Assembly: GCA_963783575.1 (NCBI GenBank) | Contig: CAWAOD010000009.1 | Span: forward strand, 352,001-416,000 | Origin: an uncultured Spirochaetota bacterium | GTDB lineage: Bacteria; Spirochaetota; Brevinematia; Brevinematales; JAOACQ01 | Length of the DNA: 64,000 nt | Direction of reading: 5' to 3' | Part shown: positions 42,357-51,944 of the stretch, piece after piece | Layout: the number at the start of each line of letters is the position of its first letter | Numbering within the stretch: position 1 is the stretch's first letter | Notes under the pieces: model-generated | Databases searched by the model: none | What the model was told of the DNA's origin: nothing | What the model saw: the letters and a program-made list of their open reading frames with translations, nothing else | Program-made: the position numbers and the translations under genes

Positions 42357-42811
42357 GTAGACTTTAAAGGCTGGTGGTATACTTCGGAACAGGAACGCTG
42401 TGAACCTCTGGCGGTCCGAGAAATGAAGAGAGGCCTCATGAGGGCCTTGAAATGAAGACTCCTGCTATGATTTATTGTTTATCCCAGAGAAAGTATGATG
42501 GGACAGAAGATTGGCTGGTTTATCCTGAAGGGTATATCAGCCTCTGTTTGAATGACCGTGGATATATCAATCACAAAGGCAGAAGAATCTTTATTACTAA
42601 TGCCTCTGTGGTTTTAATATTGGTCTGAGGCTGAAAAGTAAACTAATGGCTGAAGTATGGTTTGAGAATAATTTAATGGGAAACCTGGACTTGAAAACTT
42701 TTATTTTTAAATCTATAATGAAAGAGGTTTTTCCCAGACACAAAAGAAAAATACATTAGTGTTACCTATGTCCTGACGTTAAAACGTTACCCATATCTTG
42801 AAGTCGGACCT
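42357..42811 (+). pseudogene. Internally deleted IS481-like transposase remnant with right end
   Basis: Translates VDFKGWWYT...RCEPL then NEERPHEGLEMKTPA; tandem ttacc(t/c)at.tc.tga end motifs. Confidence 0.75.
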
Positions 42812-42863
42812 AATCAGTGATGGACAGTACCTTACCAACTTATAGTGGAGGACTCATTTAAGG

Positions 42864-43301
42864 ATGAAAAGGGAAATTAACGTATTAGGTGGGAGTGAAG
42901 TTTTAGACAACGGCCCCTTTTATCACGGGACGAAAGCGGATTTGCGGGTTGGCGATTTGTTGACTGCTGGGTTTCGGTCAAATTACAAACCCGAAGTCAT
43001 TATGAATCACATTTATTTTACAGCCTTGGCTAATGGGGCAGGACTTGCCGCAGCCTTGGCCAAAGGTGATGGACGTGAACGTGTATATATAGTTGAACCG
43101 ACGGGTAGCTTTGAAAATGACCCGAATGTTACGGACAAAAAATTTCCTGGTAATCCAACACGCTCATATCGCACTAAAGCGCCTTTGAAAATCGTCGGCG
43201 AATTAACAGATTGGGTGAGACCAACGCCTGAGGAACTTCAAAAATGGCGCGTAAAGTTGGCTGATATCAAAACGGATTCGAAAGCAGAAATTATTAATTA
43301 A
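42864..43301 (+). CDS. arr: NAD(+)-rifampin ADP-ribosyltransferase
   Basis: GPFYHGTKADL, HIYFTA and YIVEPTG.FENDPNVTDKKFPGNPTRSYR motifs. Confidence 0.95.
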   Translation: MKREINVLGGSEVLDNGPFYHGTKADLRVGDLLTAGFRSNYKPEVIMNHIYFTALANGAGLAAALAKGDGRERVYIVEPTGSFENDPNVTDKKFPGNPTRSYRTKAPLKIVGELTDWVRPTPEELQKWRVKLADIKTDSKAEIIN

Positions 43302-43394
43302 AAACATGGAAGAATTATAATGAATTCCTGGCGGCATCCTTGCCGGTAAAATAAGGAACCAGTTGTTCGTTATAAATTAATTGGAGGATTCATA

Positions 43395-44945
43395 ATGTTA
43401 GACTTATGGAGAAGATTCTGGATTATTCTTATTATTTTTTTCTGCTTCACGGTACCGGTTATAGCTAATGATACCAATGATTATTACCCCAGTACTACAT
43501 GGCGGACTTCAACTCCGGAAGCGCAGGGTATTGATTCGGGACATCTGGTCAGGATGCTGGATTATATACAATCGTATGATATAAATTTCCACAGTATTAT
43601 AATTATCCGTCATGGATATATTGTCATGGAAGCTTACGCAGAACCTTTCGGAAAGAACGTTATCCATACCCTTAATTCATGCACTAAAAGTGTCGTATCA
43701 TCTTTGATCGGTATTGCTTTAAGAGAAGGCTATATCAAAAGCATTGATCAAAGGGTCGTTGATATATTTTCCAATCAGAATATAAAAAATATGGATGATA
43801 ATAAACGGCAGATAACAATTGAACATCTGCTGACCATGAGTTCGGGAATCAACCAACCGGATGTAGATGGGCACCCCCCGGAAAATTATTTTAAAGCCTC
43901 CAAATGGAACCAATATTATCTTGATCTCCCAATGGCAACACAACCAGGTAAATTATTTGCTTATGATTCCTCAGGGGTAAACCTTCTTATGGCTATTTTA
44001 CAAAAAACCAGCGGTATGAAAAATTCGGATTTTGCCGATAAATTTCTTTTCAAGCCGATCGGTATTACCAATTATTATTGGCGGACTGATCCGCAGGGAG
44101 ATTATCTCGGAGGCTTTGGATTGGCTTTAACTCCAATGGATATGGCCAGGTTCGGTTATCTATATTTAAAAAAAGGAAATTGGAATGGAAAACAGATAAT
44201 ACCCGCCGATTGGGTTGAAATATCCATGTCCAACAATATTGATACATCAATGTGCCCTTTTGCGATTTCTACAAATAAAGGATACGGTTTCCTGTGGTGG
44301 GGGCTTCAGTTTGGTGGTTTTACAGCGATGGGCGCTGGTGGACAATTTATAATGGTCATGCCTGAAAATGATATGGTAGTTGTAGTTACCTCCGGTTTTC
44401 CCCCTCAAGATTTTCAAACACCATTAATTTATTTAGCTGAACAATTCACAAACCAATCCTATGTTTCCAGCAGCAGTCTCCCCGAAAATCCAGAAAAACA
44501 GGCGGAACTTGCGGCCGCCATCCGGAATTTTGGGAATCCAACAAATGATACAGATTTAGTTATTCCGGAAATGGCGAAAATAATTTCAGGGAAAAAATAT
44601 ATTCTTGATTCAAATCCGGGTAACTTAAAATCTATTATGGTGAATTTCAATGGTTCCAACGAATGTATTTTCGATGCAGAATATCCGGATAACCATTTTA
44701 AAATAATAATCGGATTGGACGGGAAATACCGTGAAAATAGATATGAAAATTTTTTATATTATAAGGAGTTCTGGCGTGGTAAATGGACAGGTGAAAATAC
44801 TTTTGTAGCAGAATATTACAGACCTTGTGTTGACGGTAGTAAAATTCAATTTACTTTTCAATTCGATCAGGATAAGCTCAAAATGGCACAAGAATCAACG
44901 GTTGGAGAATGGTGGCGGCATTTTACAGGAAAAATGGAACAATAA
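43395..44945 (+). CDS. Secreted serine hydrolase (beta-lactamase/NylB-like fold)
   Basis: Signal peptide; SCTK, LLTMSSG, FAYDS, DMARFG and GYGFLWW motifs. Confidence 0.88.
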   Translation: MLDLWRRFWIILIIFFCFTVPVIANDTNDYYPSTTWRTSTPEAQGIDSGHLVRMLDYIQSYDINFHSIIIIRHGYIVMEAYAEPFGKNVIHTLNSCTKSVVSSLIGIALREGYIKSIDQRVVDIFSNQNIKNMDDNKRQITIEHLLTMSSGINQPDVDGHPPENYFKASKWNQYYLDLPMATQPGKLFAYDSSGVNLLMAILQKTSGMKNSDFADKFLFKPIGITNYYWRTDPQGDYLGGFGLALTPMDMARFGYLYLKKGNWNGKQIIPADWVEISMSNNIDTSMCPFAISTNKGYGFLWWGLQFGGFTAMGAGGQFIMVMPENDMVVVVTSGFPPQDFQTPLIYLAEQFTNQSYVSSSSLPENPEKQAELAAAIRNFGNPTNDTDLVIPEMAKIISGKKYILDSNPGNLKSIMVNFNGSNECIFDAEYPDNHFKIIIGLDGKYRENRYENFLYYKEFWRGKWTGENTFVAEYYRPCVDGSKIQFTFQFDQDKLKMAQESTVGEWWRHFTGKMEQ

Positions 44946-44996
44946 ATTTAATTATCTTTTAAATAACTGAAATATTATTTACATACATCGCCGTCC

Positions 44997-45200
44997 GTGG
45001 CTTTAATATTGGTCTGAGGCTGAAAAGTAAACTAATGGCTGAAGTATGGTCTGAGAATAATTTAATGGGAAACCTGGACTTGAAAATTTTTATTTTTAAA
45101 TCTATAATAAAAGAGTTGTTTTCCAGACACAAAAGAAAAATACATTAGTATTACTTATGTCCTGACGTTAAAACCTTACCCATGTCTTGAAGTCGGACCT
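44997..45200 (+). repeat. Second copy of the IS481-like right end (direct repeat of 42608..42811)
   Basis: About 200 bp, near-identical, ending gaagtcggacct. Confidence 0.88.
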
Positions 45201-45226
45201 GGGCCAGCTTTTTTGTGGAGAAAAAA

Positions 45227-45590
45227 ATGTATTTAAAAAGAACAAATAATTGATGAAATTAAGCGTATTGCATTTCAGTTAGGGGTTTCATCATTAAAAT
45301 GAAGAGATTTTCAAATGAAATCAATAATATCTTTGAGTACAGTTTGTTATCATTTTAATACTTGGAATTAAGCAGTTAATGAAGCTGGATTAACACCTAT
45401 AGATAGTACTAAAATATTCAATAATATAGAACGCGGAATTGATGAAGTTGATTTACTAACTGAATTAATCAGACTTAATAAAGAAAATAATATTATTCCA
45501 ACAGGAAGTCTTATTAATTCTAAGGGTAAATATAGTACCAGACCTTATGAACATCGTTGGAAAAATATTAATAATGCATTTAAAAAAGAA
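45227..45590 (+). pseudogene. Homing-endonuclease-associated-repeat protein remnant (N-terminal part)
   Basis: EQIIDEIKRIA...YHFNTWN*AVNEAGL...LLTELIRL...PT..., with internal stops. Confidence 0.65.
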
Positions 45591-45601
45591 GGAGGTAATT
45601 T

Positions 45602-46261
45602 GTGTTTAATAAGAGTTTATTAATTTTATTAGTTGTTTTGTCAATAATCATTTATAATAAACAAATATTAAATGGAAAAAATAATGAAAAGACTACAACT
45701 GGTTTAACAAACAAATTAAAAATATACGATAATTTGGATTATGGCTTTGATTTTAAATATCCGGCAAATTTTAAACTCCAAAACTTTAATGATCTTGGCC
45801 CAGATGAATTTATGCAAACCCATGACAAATTACAGTTGGAAAAATTAGTAGAAATTAATATGAATGGTTGGTTTTGTACCTACATTTGTCCTATTGATAA
45901 ATTTCTGGATGTGAATAATGTTAAGACTGTTAAAGATTTAGATCCGAAACTGCAATCGAAATCAATAAATAAGATTAAATATTATTTAAGCCCGGATGAA
46001 GAGGGTCCAGCAGCCATGGGCGGCCATAGAAGTACAGTATTTACTTATATTACTATTCAAAACAATCATTGCTTTTTATTTGTACAAACGTTGGCATATG
46101 ATATATATGATTTTGCAACAGAAGGAGGCGATATGCCCCGCAACCTGCATCCAAAAGAAGAGAAGGCATTACAAGACTGGATAACCAAACAAAAAAATGA
46201 ATATGAAAAATTCCTGGAGTCAGTTAAATTTTATAATACTAATCCAGGACCTAATGGCTGA
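45602..46261 (+). CDS. Hypothetical secreted/membrane-anchored protein
   Basis: GGAGG RBS, GTG start, hydrophobic N-terminus, YGFDFKYP. Confidence 0.7.
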   Translation: MFNKSLLILLVVLSIIIYNKQILNGKNNEKTTTGLTNKLKIYDNLDYGFDFKYPANFKLQNFNDLGPDEFMQTHDKLQLEKLVEINMNGWFCTYICPIDKFLDVNNVKTVKDLDPKLQSKSINKIKYYLSPDEEGPAAMGGHRSTVFTYITIQNNHCFLFVQTLAYDIYDFATEGGDMPRNLHPKEEKALQDWITKQKNEYEKFLESVKFYNTNPGPNG

Positions 46262-46399
46262 CAAATAAAAAGCAAACCTTCTATTAAATAACTTCTAGTA
46301 AGTAAAATAATTGTCAGATAACTTGCTTAGTTTTGTAAAATTAGCGAGGTTATAATTTTTGCCTGATGCATTTCTGTTAAAGATATTAAAATCATTTCA

Positions 46400-46570
46400 T
46401 CATTAATTATATCAGTTAAAATTGAATTTGAATTCAATAGTAAAAATTTTGTAAATCACGGTCATAATCCGGATGAATGTGATATTATAGTATATTGGGT
46501 TCATGATTGGCAAGAATGTACTTTAGTAATTTTAGAATTAAGGAATGTTATAAAATATTTGAAAAGTTAA
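46400..46570 (+). pseudogene. C-terminal remnant of a PD-(D/E)xK-like nuclease
   Basis: Translates KIEFEFNSKNFVNHGHNPDECDIIVYWVHDWQEC...LEL...*. Confidence 0.6.
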
Positions 46571-46586
46571 ACACGCGCGGAAAACT

Positions 46587-46620
46587 TCGTACAAACACGG
46601 CATACCTGTTCCGCTCCGTC
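46587..46620 (+). other. Left half of an attC-like site, truncated by an IS110 remnant
   Basis: tcgtacaaacacggcatacctgttccgctccgtc aligns with the start of site 1 (tcgtacaacatggcgtacacgttccgctccgtc). Confidence 0.7.
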
Positions 46621-47358
46621 TATGATAAAAGTCTAGTTTTAGTAAAATTTTAAACTACTTTTTTCAAAAAGTTATTATAATCTTTCAATTTATATAAGTG
46701 AAATTCTTTATCCATATAATAAAAATATTCATTTTTCTTCAGCATATGATATATTGCCACTAAAACTTTTCTTACAATAGCAATCCTTACCTTGACAGAG
46801 CTTTTACCATTTCTTTTCTTTTCATAGAACAATCTGAATTTATCATATGTTTTAAAATGGACTATGGATCCAATTAATAGATTGACAGATAATATTCTTC
46901 CCTGTTTATTTATTCTTCCAATTCTGGTTGTTTGGTTTGAAGAATCTACTCTTGGCGCTGACCTTAAATATGAGCAAAAGCATTTTGCATCAGCAAACCG
47001 ATTGATATCCGCAACATCAGACATAATTCCGATTGCACAAAATGGACTGATACCTTTGATGCTGGTTAATATTTCTATCTTATGTCGGAAATACCTTTGA
47101 TCAAGATTTCAGATTTTACTTCCTTTAGTGAATTTGAAACCGTCTCTAAATTCTGATAAAGTAATGTGATTTCCATTTTAACACTCAAATGTAATTCCAA
47201 ATTTAATATAGATTCTTTGATCTCTTTTCTTTCCAGGCTTTCTTTTGGATATTTATATCCATTCTGCTTCAATAGGGAATGCATACGGTTTTTGAGCATT
47301 ACAACCTGCTTTCTAAAAAATGATAAGTGGTAAATAACTGGCGTATTTCCCTGACTTC
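46621..47358 (-). pseudogene. IS110-family transposase remnant (5'-truncated, frameshifted)
   Basis: LKNRMH, LTSIKGI, DINRFADAK.FCSY..AP...SS and AIVRK motifs; end reads gacttttatcatag on the minus strand. Confidence 0.8.
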
Positions 47359-47483
47359 AGGCTTCGTCAACAACTTTTGTATGACATTCTTTTATCTTTT
47401 GTGTGTCCTTCAGATCGTCTGCAAACTACCAATCCTCCTGAAAAAGGATCAAACACTTAATGGTTATAAGGCACTGTAGAAAT

Positions 47484-48518
47484 CTATGGTGTAACTATTA
47501 TAGATACATAATTGCTCCATCCTGTTGCCGCTTTATATGCGGACAAACTACCCGAGGGAACATGGATTTGCAGACTAGAATTACAATTTATAAATGCCTG
47601 TGATCCTGTAGGCAAGTCTGGAGGTGTAGTTCCCTGAACTGTAATGCTGGTCAGACTGGAGCAGTTAAAAAACGATCCAGCAATACTGGAACCAATACTG
47701 TTAACGCTAGAGGGGATGATGACACTGTTTAAAGTAATACCACTAAACGTATCGCCTCCTATGTTAGTAACACCAGATGGGATAGTGTAACTTCCAGCTA
47801 TACCGCCTGGGAAAGATAACAAGATAGTTCCGGTTTTATCAAACAAAACACCGGCTATTGATTCGTAATACAGGTTTGCTGAGTCGACGGAAATATTAGT
47901 AAGGACTGGGGAAAAAACGTAGGAACAACCATTGAATGCGCCTAGCCCAATACTGGTAACACTAGAAGGAATAGTTATATTGCTCAAACATGTTCCTCCT
48001 AATGCCCAAAGATTTATGTTGGTAACGCCAGATGGGATACTGTAGTTTCCAGCTTTACCTCTGGGGAAAGATAACAAGATAGTTCCGGTTTTATCGAACA
48101 GAACACCATCTATTGATTCATAATACTGATTTGCAGAATCAACGAAAAAATTGGCAAGGATGCCGCAATCCTTAAAATACCACCGGGCTATATTAGTGAT
48201 ACTAGAGGGGATAGTGACGGTAGTTATAGCACAGTAACTACCATCAAATGCATTATCACCAATTTCCGTTACAGGAACTCCATCAATATTTGATAATATC
48301 GTAATATTTCCGCTTGCGTTAGTACCTGTTAAAACAATCCATGTAGTTCCTGTATTGGTATAGACAACATTATCACTATTGGTATAACTTTCTCTCCCTC
48401 CACTCGAAGACGAATTTCCTCCACTGCTACTGCCGGAAGAAGACAGTGAACTACACGAAACAAGCATACTTATAATAATAAAAGTAAATAGGATTGGGGC
48501 TGACAATTTTCTGATCAT
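47484..48518 (-). CDS. BspA/TpLRR-type leucine-rich repeat lipoprotein
   Basis: LVSC lipobox, Ser/Gly linker, IPSSVTSIG..AF repeats. Confidence 0.9.
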   Translation of the reverse strand: MIRKLSAPILFTFIIISMLVSCSSLSSSGSSSGGNSSSSGGRESYTNSDNVVYTNTGTTWIVLTGTNASGNITILSNIDGVPVTEIGDNAFDGSYCAITTVTIPSSITNIARWYFKDCGILANFFVDSANQYYESIDGVLFDKTGTILLSFPRGKAGNYSIPSGVTNINLWALGGTCLSNITIPSSVTSIGLGAFNGCSYVFSPVLTNISVDSANLYYESIAGVLFDKTGTILLSFPGGIAGSYTIPSGVTNIGGDTFSGITLNSVIIPSSVNSIGSSIAGSFFNCSSLTSITVQGTTPPDLPTGSQAFINCNSSLQIHVPSGSLSAYKAATGWSNYVSIIVTP

Positions 48519-48825
48519 AAAAATATACCTCCAAATATATTAAGCTTATTTTAGAAATAACTGTATAAAAAGTCAATACGGAGTTATCCGTATTATTGAC
48601 TTTTTATAAATATTTAACTTAACTTTATATATAATACTTTTGAAAATAATAAAATCTGAAATAAATAAAACAAATATTTGCACGATAGCTAGCAGAGAAA
48701 CAGATCCTCATTGGGGAAAATTCAAACTCTCTACCCTATGCCCATTCCTCTGCTTCTGCTCTGTCCGTATTTTAATTCAAAAAGATTTGGAAACAATTCA
48801 TAATATTAAAGCTTTTAAAGAAAGA

Positions 48826-48885
48826 TGCAACAACTGCGACAATCGCTGACGGGTAAGGCAAACGTCACCAAACATGCCGTTATAT
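48826..48885 (+). other. Right half of an attC-like site
   Basis: gcaacaactgcgacaatcgctgac...aaacgtc...gccGTTATAT aligns with the right arms of sites 1 and 3. Confidence 0.7.
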
Positions 48886-49126
48886 GCAAGCAATGTCGGA
48901 TCTTTGCGTTAAGAAGTGATTTCGGCATCCTTACCGGAAAATTGATTTTATTGAATTATCTAATTTATTATAGAATTTATAAAATTTAAATACAATAATT
49001 ACATATGTGACACAGTGTTATAATTATATGTATTGTAATAAGTTATTAAATATTAAAAAATATTATGATTTGTTTTCTCCATTTTTTTTTGCTATAATAT
49101 TATCCAAATTTATTGAGGAGTTTAAT

Positions 49127-50017
49127 ATGTTTGAAGAGAAAGCATTAAATGTTGGTCCTTCAAAGCTCAATATAGTTTATCAGCGTTTTGGTAGTCCTGC
49201 GTCGCCACCTATCCTGCTCATTATGGGCGGTGGTGCTCAGATGATTGCTTGGCCGGAAGGTTTCTGTGAAGAACTTGCTAGCCAGGGCCTGCAGCCGATT
49301 CGTTTTGATAATCGAGATACCGGATTGACCACTCACATTACCGACGCGCCGATCCCAGACTTGAAAGCGGCCAGAGCCGGTAATTTTTCATCGGTGTCTT
49401 ACACACTTTCCGATATGGCAGCTGATACCGTCGGACTTATGAGCGCACTAGGGTTTGAAAGTGCGCATCTTCTTGGAGCTTCGATGGGAGGTATGATTGC
49501 TCAGACCGTCGCTATTGAATACCCGGAAAAGGTGCGCTCACTAACATCAATGATGTCTACCACGGGAAACCCTTCTGTAGGACAGCCTGACAACAAAACA
49601 ATTGCCAACTTAGGTGCCCCTCCGCGCGATGATCGCCAGGGTGCCATTGATTGGCAAGTACGATCTCTTAAGGCTATCGGTTCGCCGAAATACCCGCTTG
49701 ATGAGGTTATTACAGCAGAAAATGCAGGCCGGGCCTGGGATCGTGATCACGATCCGTTAGGCATGTTACGCCAATCAGTAGCTGTTCTTAAATCTGGTGA
49801 CCGTACAAAGCAACTCCGAAAACTTCATGTGCCCACATTAGTAATCCATGGCGCTGACGACAAGATGATCGATGTCAGCGGCGGTAAAGCGACTGCAGCC
49901 GCCATTCCAGGAGCTGAAATCGTTATATTTGAAGGAATGGGTCATGGTTTCCCTCAACCTCTGTGGAAGGAGTTTGCGAAGCTCATTGTTAACCTTGTTA
50001 ATAGAGCAGAAGTATAA
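49127..50017 (+). CDS. Alpha/beta hydrolase
   Basis: LLIMG, FDNRDTG, GASMGG, HGADD and GMGH motifs; GAGGAG RBS before ATG 49127. Confidence 0.92.
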   Translation: MFEEKALNVGPSKLNIVYQRFGSPASPPILLIMGGGAQMIAWPEGFCEELASQGLQPIRFDNRDTGLTTHITDAPIPDLKAARAGNFSSVSYTLSDMAADTVGLMSALGFESAHLLGASMGGMIAQTVAIEYPEKVRSLTSMMSTTGNPSVGQPDNKTIANLGAPPRDDRQGAIDWQVRSLKAIGSPKYPLDEVITAENAGRAWDRDHDPLGMLRQSVAVLKSGDRTKQLRKLHVPTLVIHGADDKMIDVSGGKATAAAIPGAEIVIFEGMGHGFPQPLWKEFAKLIVNLVNRAEV

Positions 50018-50140
50018 TTATAAATCGCCGTCCTGGCTTTACTTTATGCGCCGATTTTCGACCGGGCCAACGTTTAATACGGTATAGCTGTTTTGCCCAG
50101 TCTCAATAGTGTTACGAGCTGTGCTCAGTCCTTTCGTCAG

Positions 50141-51830
50141 CAGACTGTGTGAAAACACAGTAAATATGCTATAATTATTAGAACAAAATAATCGGAGTAA
50201 AAGATGAAGCATATTGAGGGAGAATCAAGGGATCAGATAGTTCTGTTCAATGAAACACTGGAAGATCTGTTAGGAGAAGAAGATCCGGTAAGGTTTATAG
50301 ATATTTTTGTTGATAAGCTAAATATGAAAGGAGTTGGTTTTAAAGTAAAAGAAGCATCAACCGGCAGAAGTTCATATAAATCCGAAATACTTTTAAAAAT
50401 CTATATTTACGGATATTTGAATAAAATCAGGACAAGCAGGAAATTAGAGAGAGAGTGCCGAAGAAACACAGAGTTGATGTGGCTGACTGGACGACTAGCG
50501 CCGGATTTCAAGACGATTGCCGACTTCAGGAAAGATAATAAGAAGGGAATACAGTCGATATTCAGAGAATTTTTGAAGATATGTCATAAAGCCGGGCTTT
50601 TATCATTTGACGTTGTTGGAATTGATGGAACCAAGATCAGTGCGCAAAACCACAATAACAATGTTTATCATAGGAAAAACATAGAAGAAATCATACATAG
50701 AATAGATCAAAAGATCGAAGAATATTTGAATGAGATGGATAAGAACGATAAGGAAGAAAAGAATGAATTTGAATTTCTTTCCGGAAAGATAGCGGAACGT
50801 TTAAAGAAAATGAAAACAAAAAAGGATAAAGTTGAGGCTATTAAAAAGATTTTTGAGGGAAATCCTGAAATGGAGAAATATTATTCAAATGACCCGGAAA
50901 GCCGGTTTATGAATGATAAAGGGAAATCCGACATTGCATATAATCTGCAGATGGCAGTAGATGATGCGAATAAACTGATTGTGGTGATTGATGTGACGAA
51001 TGAAAACAATGATATCAAACAGATGGCAGGAATGTGTGACCGAGTAGAAGAAATAAAGGACGAGCTTAAGGTAGAGACTGAAACGGTCAAAGTATCGGAT
51101 GCCGGTTATTACAGCGAACCGCAGATACTGGAATGTATAGATAAGGGACATAACGTATATATGCCGAATCCGGATGACGGACATAAGGCAAGGATTCGAG
51201 GCAAAGAAGATAATAAAGGAGTACCTGCTGAAGAATACCAGGTTGATAAATTCAAATATGATCCGGGACAAAATGTTTATTATTGTCCGGAGGGAAACCC
51301 ATTAGTGAGAAATGGGAAAAAAGTAGAGAAGGTCAATGGAGGAAAAGAGATAGTCAGGTACAAGTGCGGCTTATGCAGCCAATGTGAAGTAAAAAATAAG
51401 TGTACTGAAAGCGTGGAAGGACGAAGTATCAAAGTACCAGTTAGAAAAGAAGAAATTGAGAACTTCAAGAGGAAAATTCGTTCTGAAGCCGGGAAAAAGA
51501 TCATAGAGAAAAGGAAAGAGATATGTGAACATCCATTTGGATCGATAAAAAGGAATATGGGTTACAGTTATTTTTTAATGAAGGGAAAGGATGGCGTTCT
51601 GACGGAATCCAGTTTGGCAGGATTCATTCATAATTTAATAAAAGTATTGAATATATTGGGAATAAAGAGACTTATGACTCTGGTTTGATGCTAATAAACC
51701 ATCGTTTATCGTATTCGGATAGATTTTTTAAACTAAGATTTTTTTAGCTTGAAAAATATATCAAAAAATGGAGTTTTTGTATAATTAATCGATTTTACTA
51801 TAAAATTTTACTGAGTTTTCACACAGTCTG
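50141..51830 (+). mobile_element. IS1182-family element A, copy 3
   Basis: Same 16-bp IRs; flanked by a 3-bp CAG direct repeat. Confidence 0.93.
50204..51688 (+). CDS. IS1182-family DDE transposase
   Basis: Differs from copies 1 and 2 by one residue (EVRNK vs EVKNK). Confidence 0.93.
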   Translation: MKHIEGESRDQIVLFNETLEDLLGEEDPVRFIDIFVDKLNMKGVGFKVKEASTGRSSYKSEILLKIYIYGYLNKIRTSRKLERECRRNTELMWLTGRLAPDFKTIADFRKDNKKGIQSIFREFLKICHKAGLLSFDVVGIDGTKISAQNHNNNVYHRKNIEEIIHRIDQKIEEYLNEMDKNDKEEKNEFEFLSGKIAERLKKMKTKKDKVEAIKKIFEGNPEMEKYYSNDPESRFMNDKGKSDIAYNLQMAVDDANKLIVVIDVTNENNDIKQMAGMCDRVEEIKDELKVETETVKVSDAGYYSEPQILECIDKGHNVYMPNPDDGHKARIRGKEDNKGVPAEEYQVDKFKYDPGQNVYYCPEGNPLVRNGKKVEKVNGGKEIVRYKCGLCSQCEVKNKCTESVEGRSIKVPVRKEEIENFKRKIRSEAGKKIIEKRKEICEHPFGSIKRNMGYSYFLMKGKDGVLTESSLAGFIHNLIKVLNILGIKRLMTLV

Positions 51831-51944
51831 CAGGCTCAGGGTACAGGGATCACCTCACAAAATAGATCATTTCGTAAGTTGATCCATATAGAAACTTTAA
51901 GGTCAACCAAAAATTAAAATTTTCAACTTTTTTATCTTACTTTC

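Noticed and set aside
43395..44945. Calling this gene a true class C beta-lactamase
   Set aside because: It has SxxK, but YDS replaces YxN and there is no KTG; the broader serine hydrolase family is more likely.
50060..50100. acggtatagct matching the reverse complement of the attC3 right end
   Set aside because: No intact GTT/AAC box or partner arm; cannot support a site.
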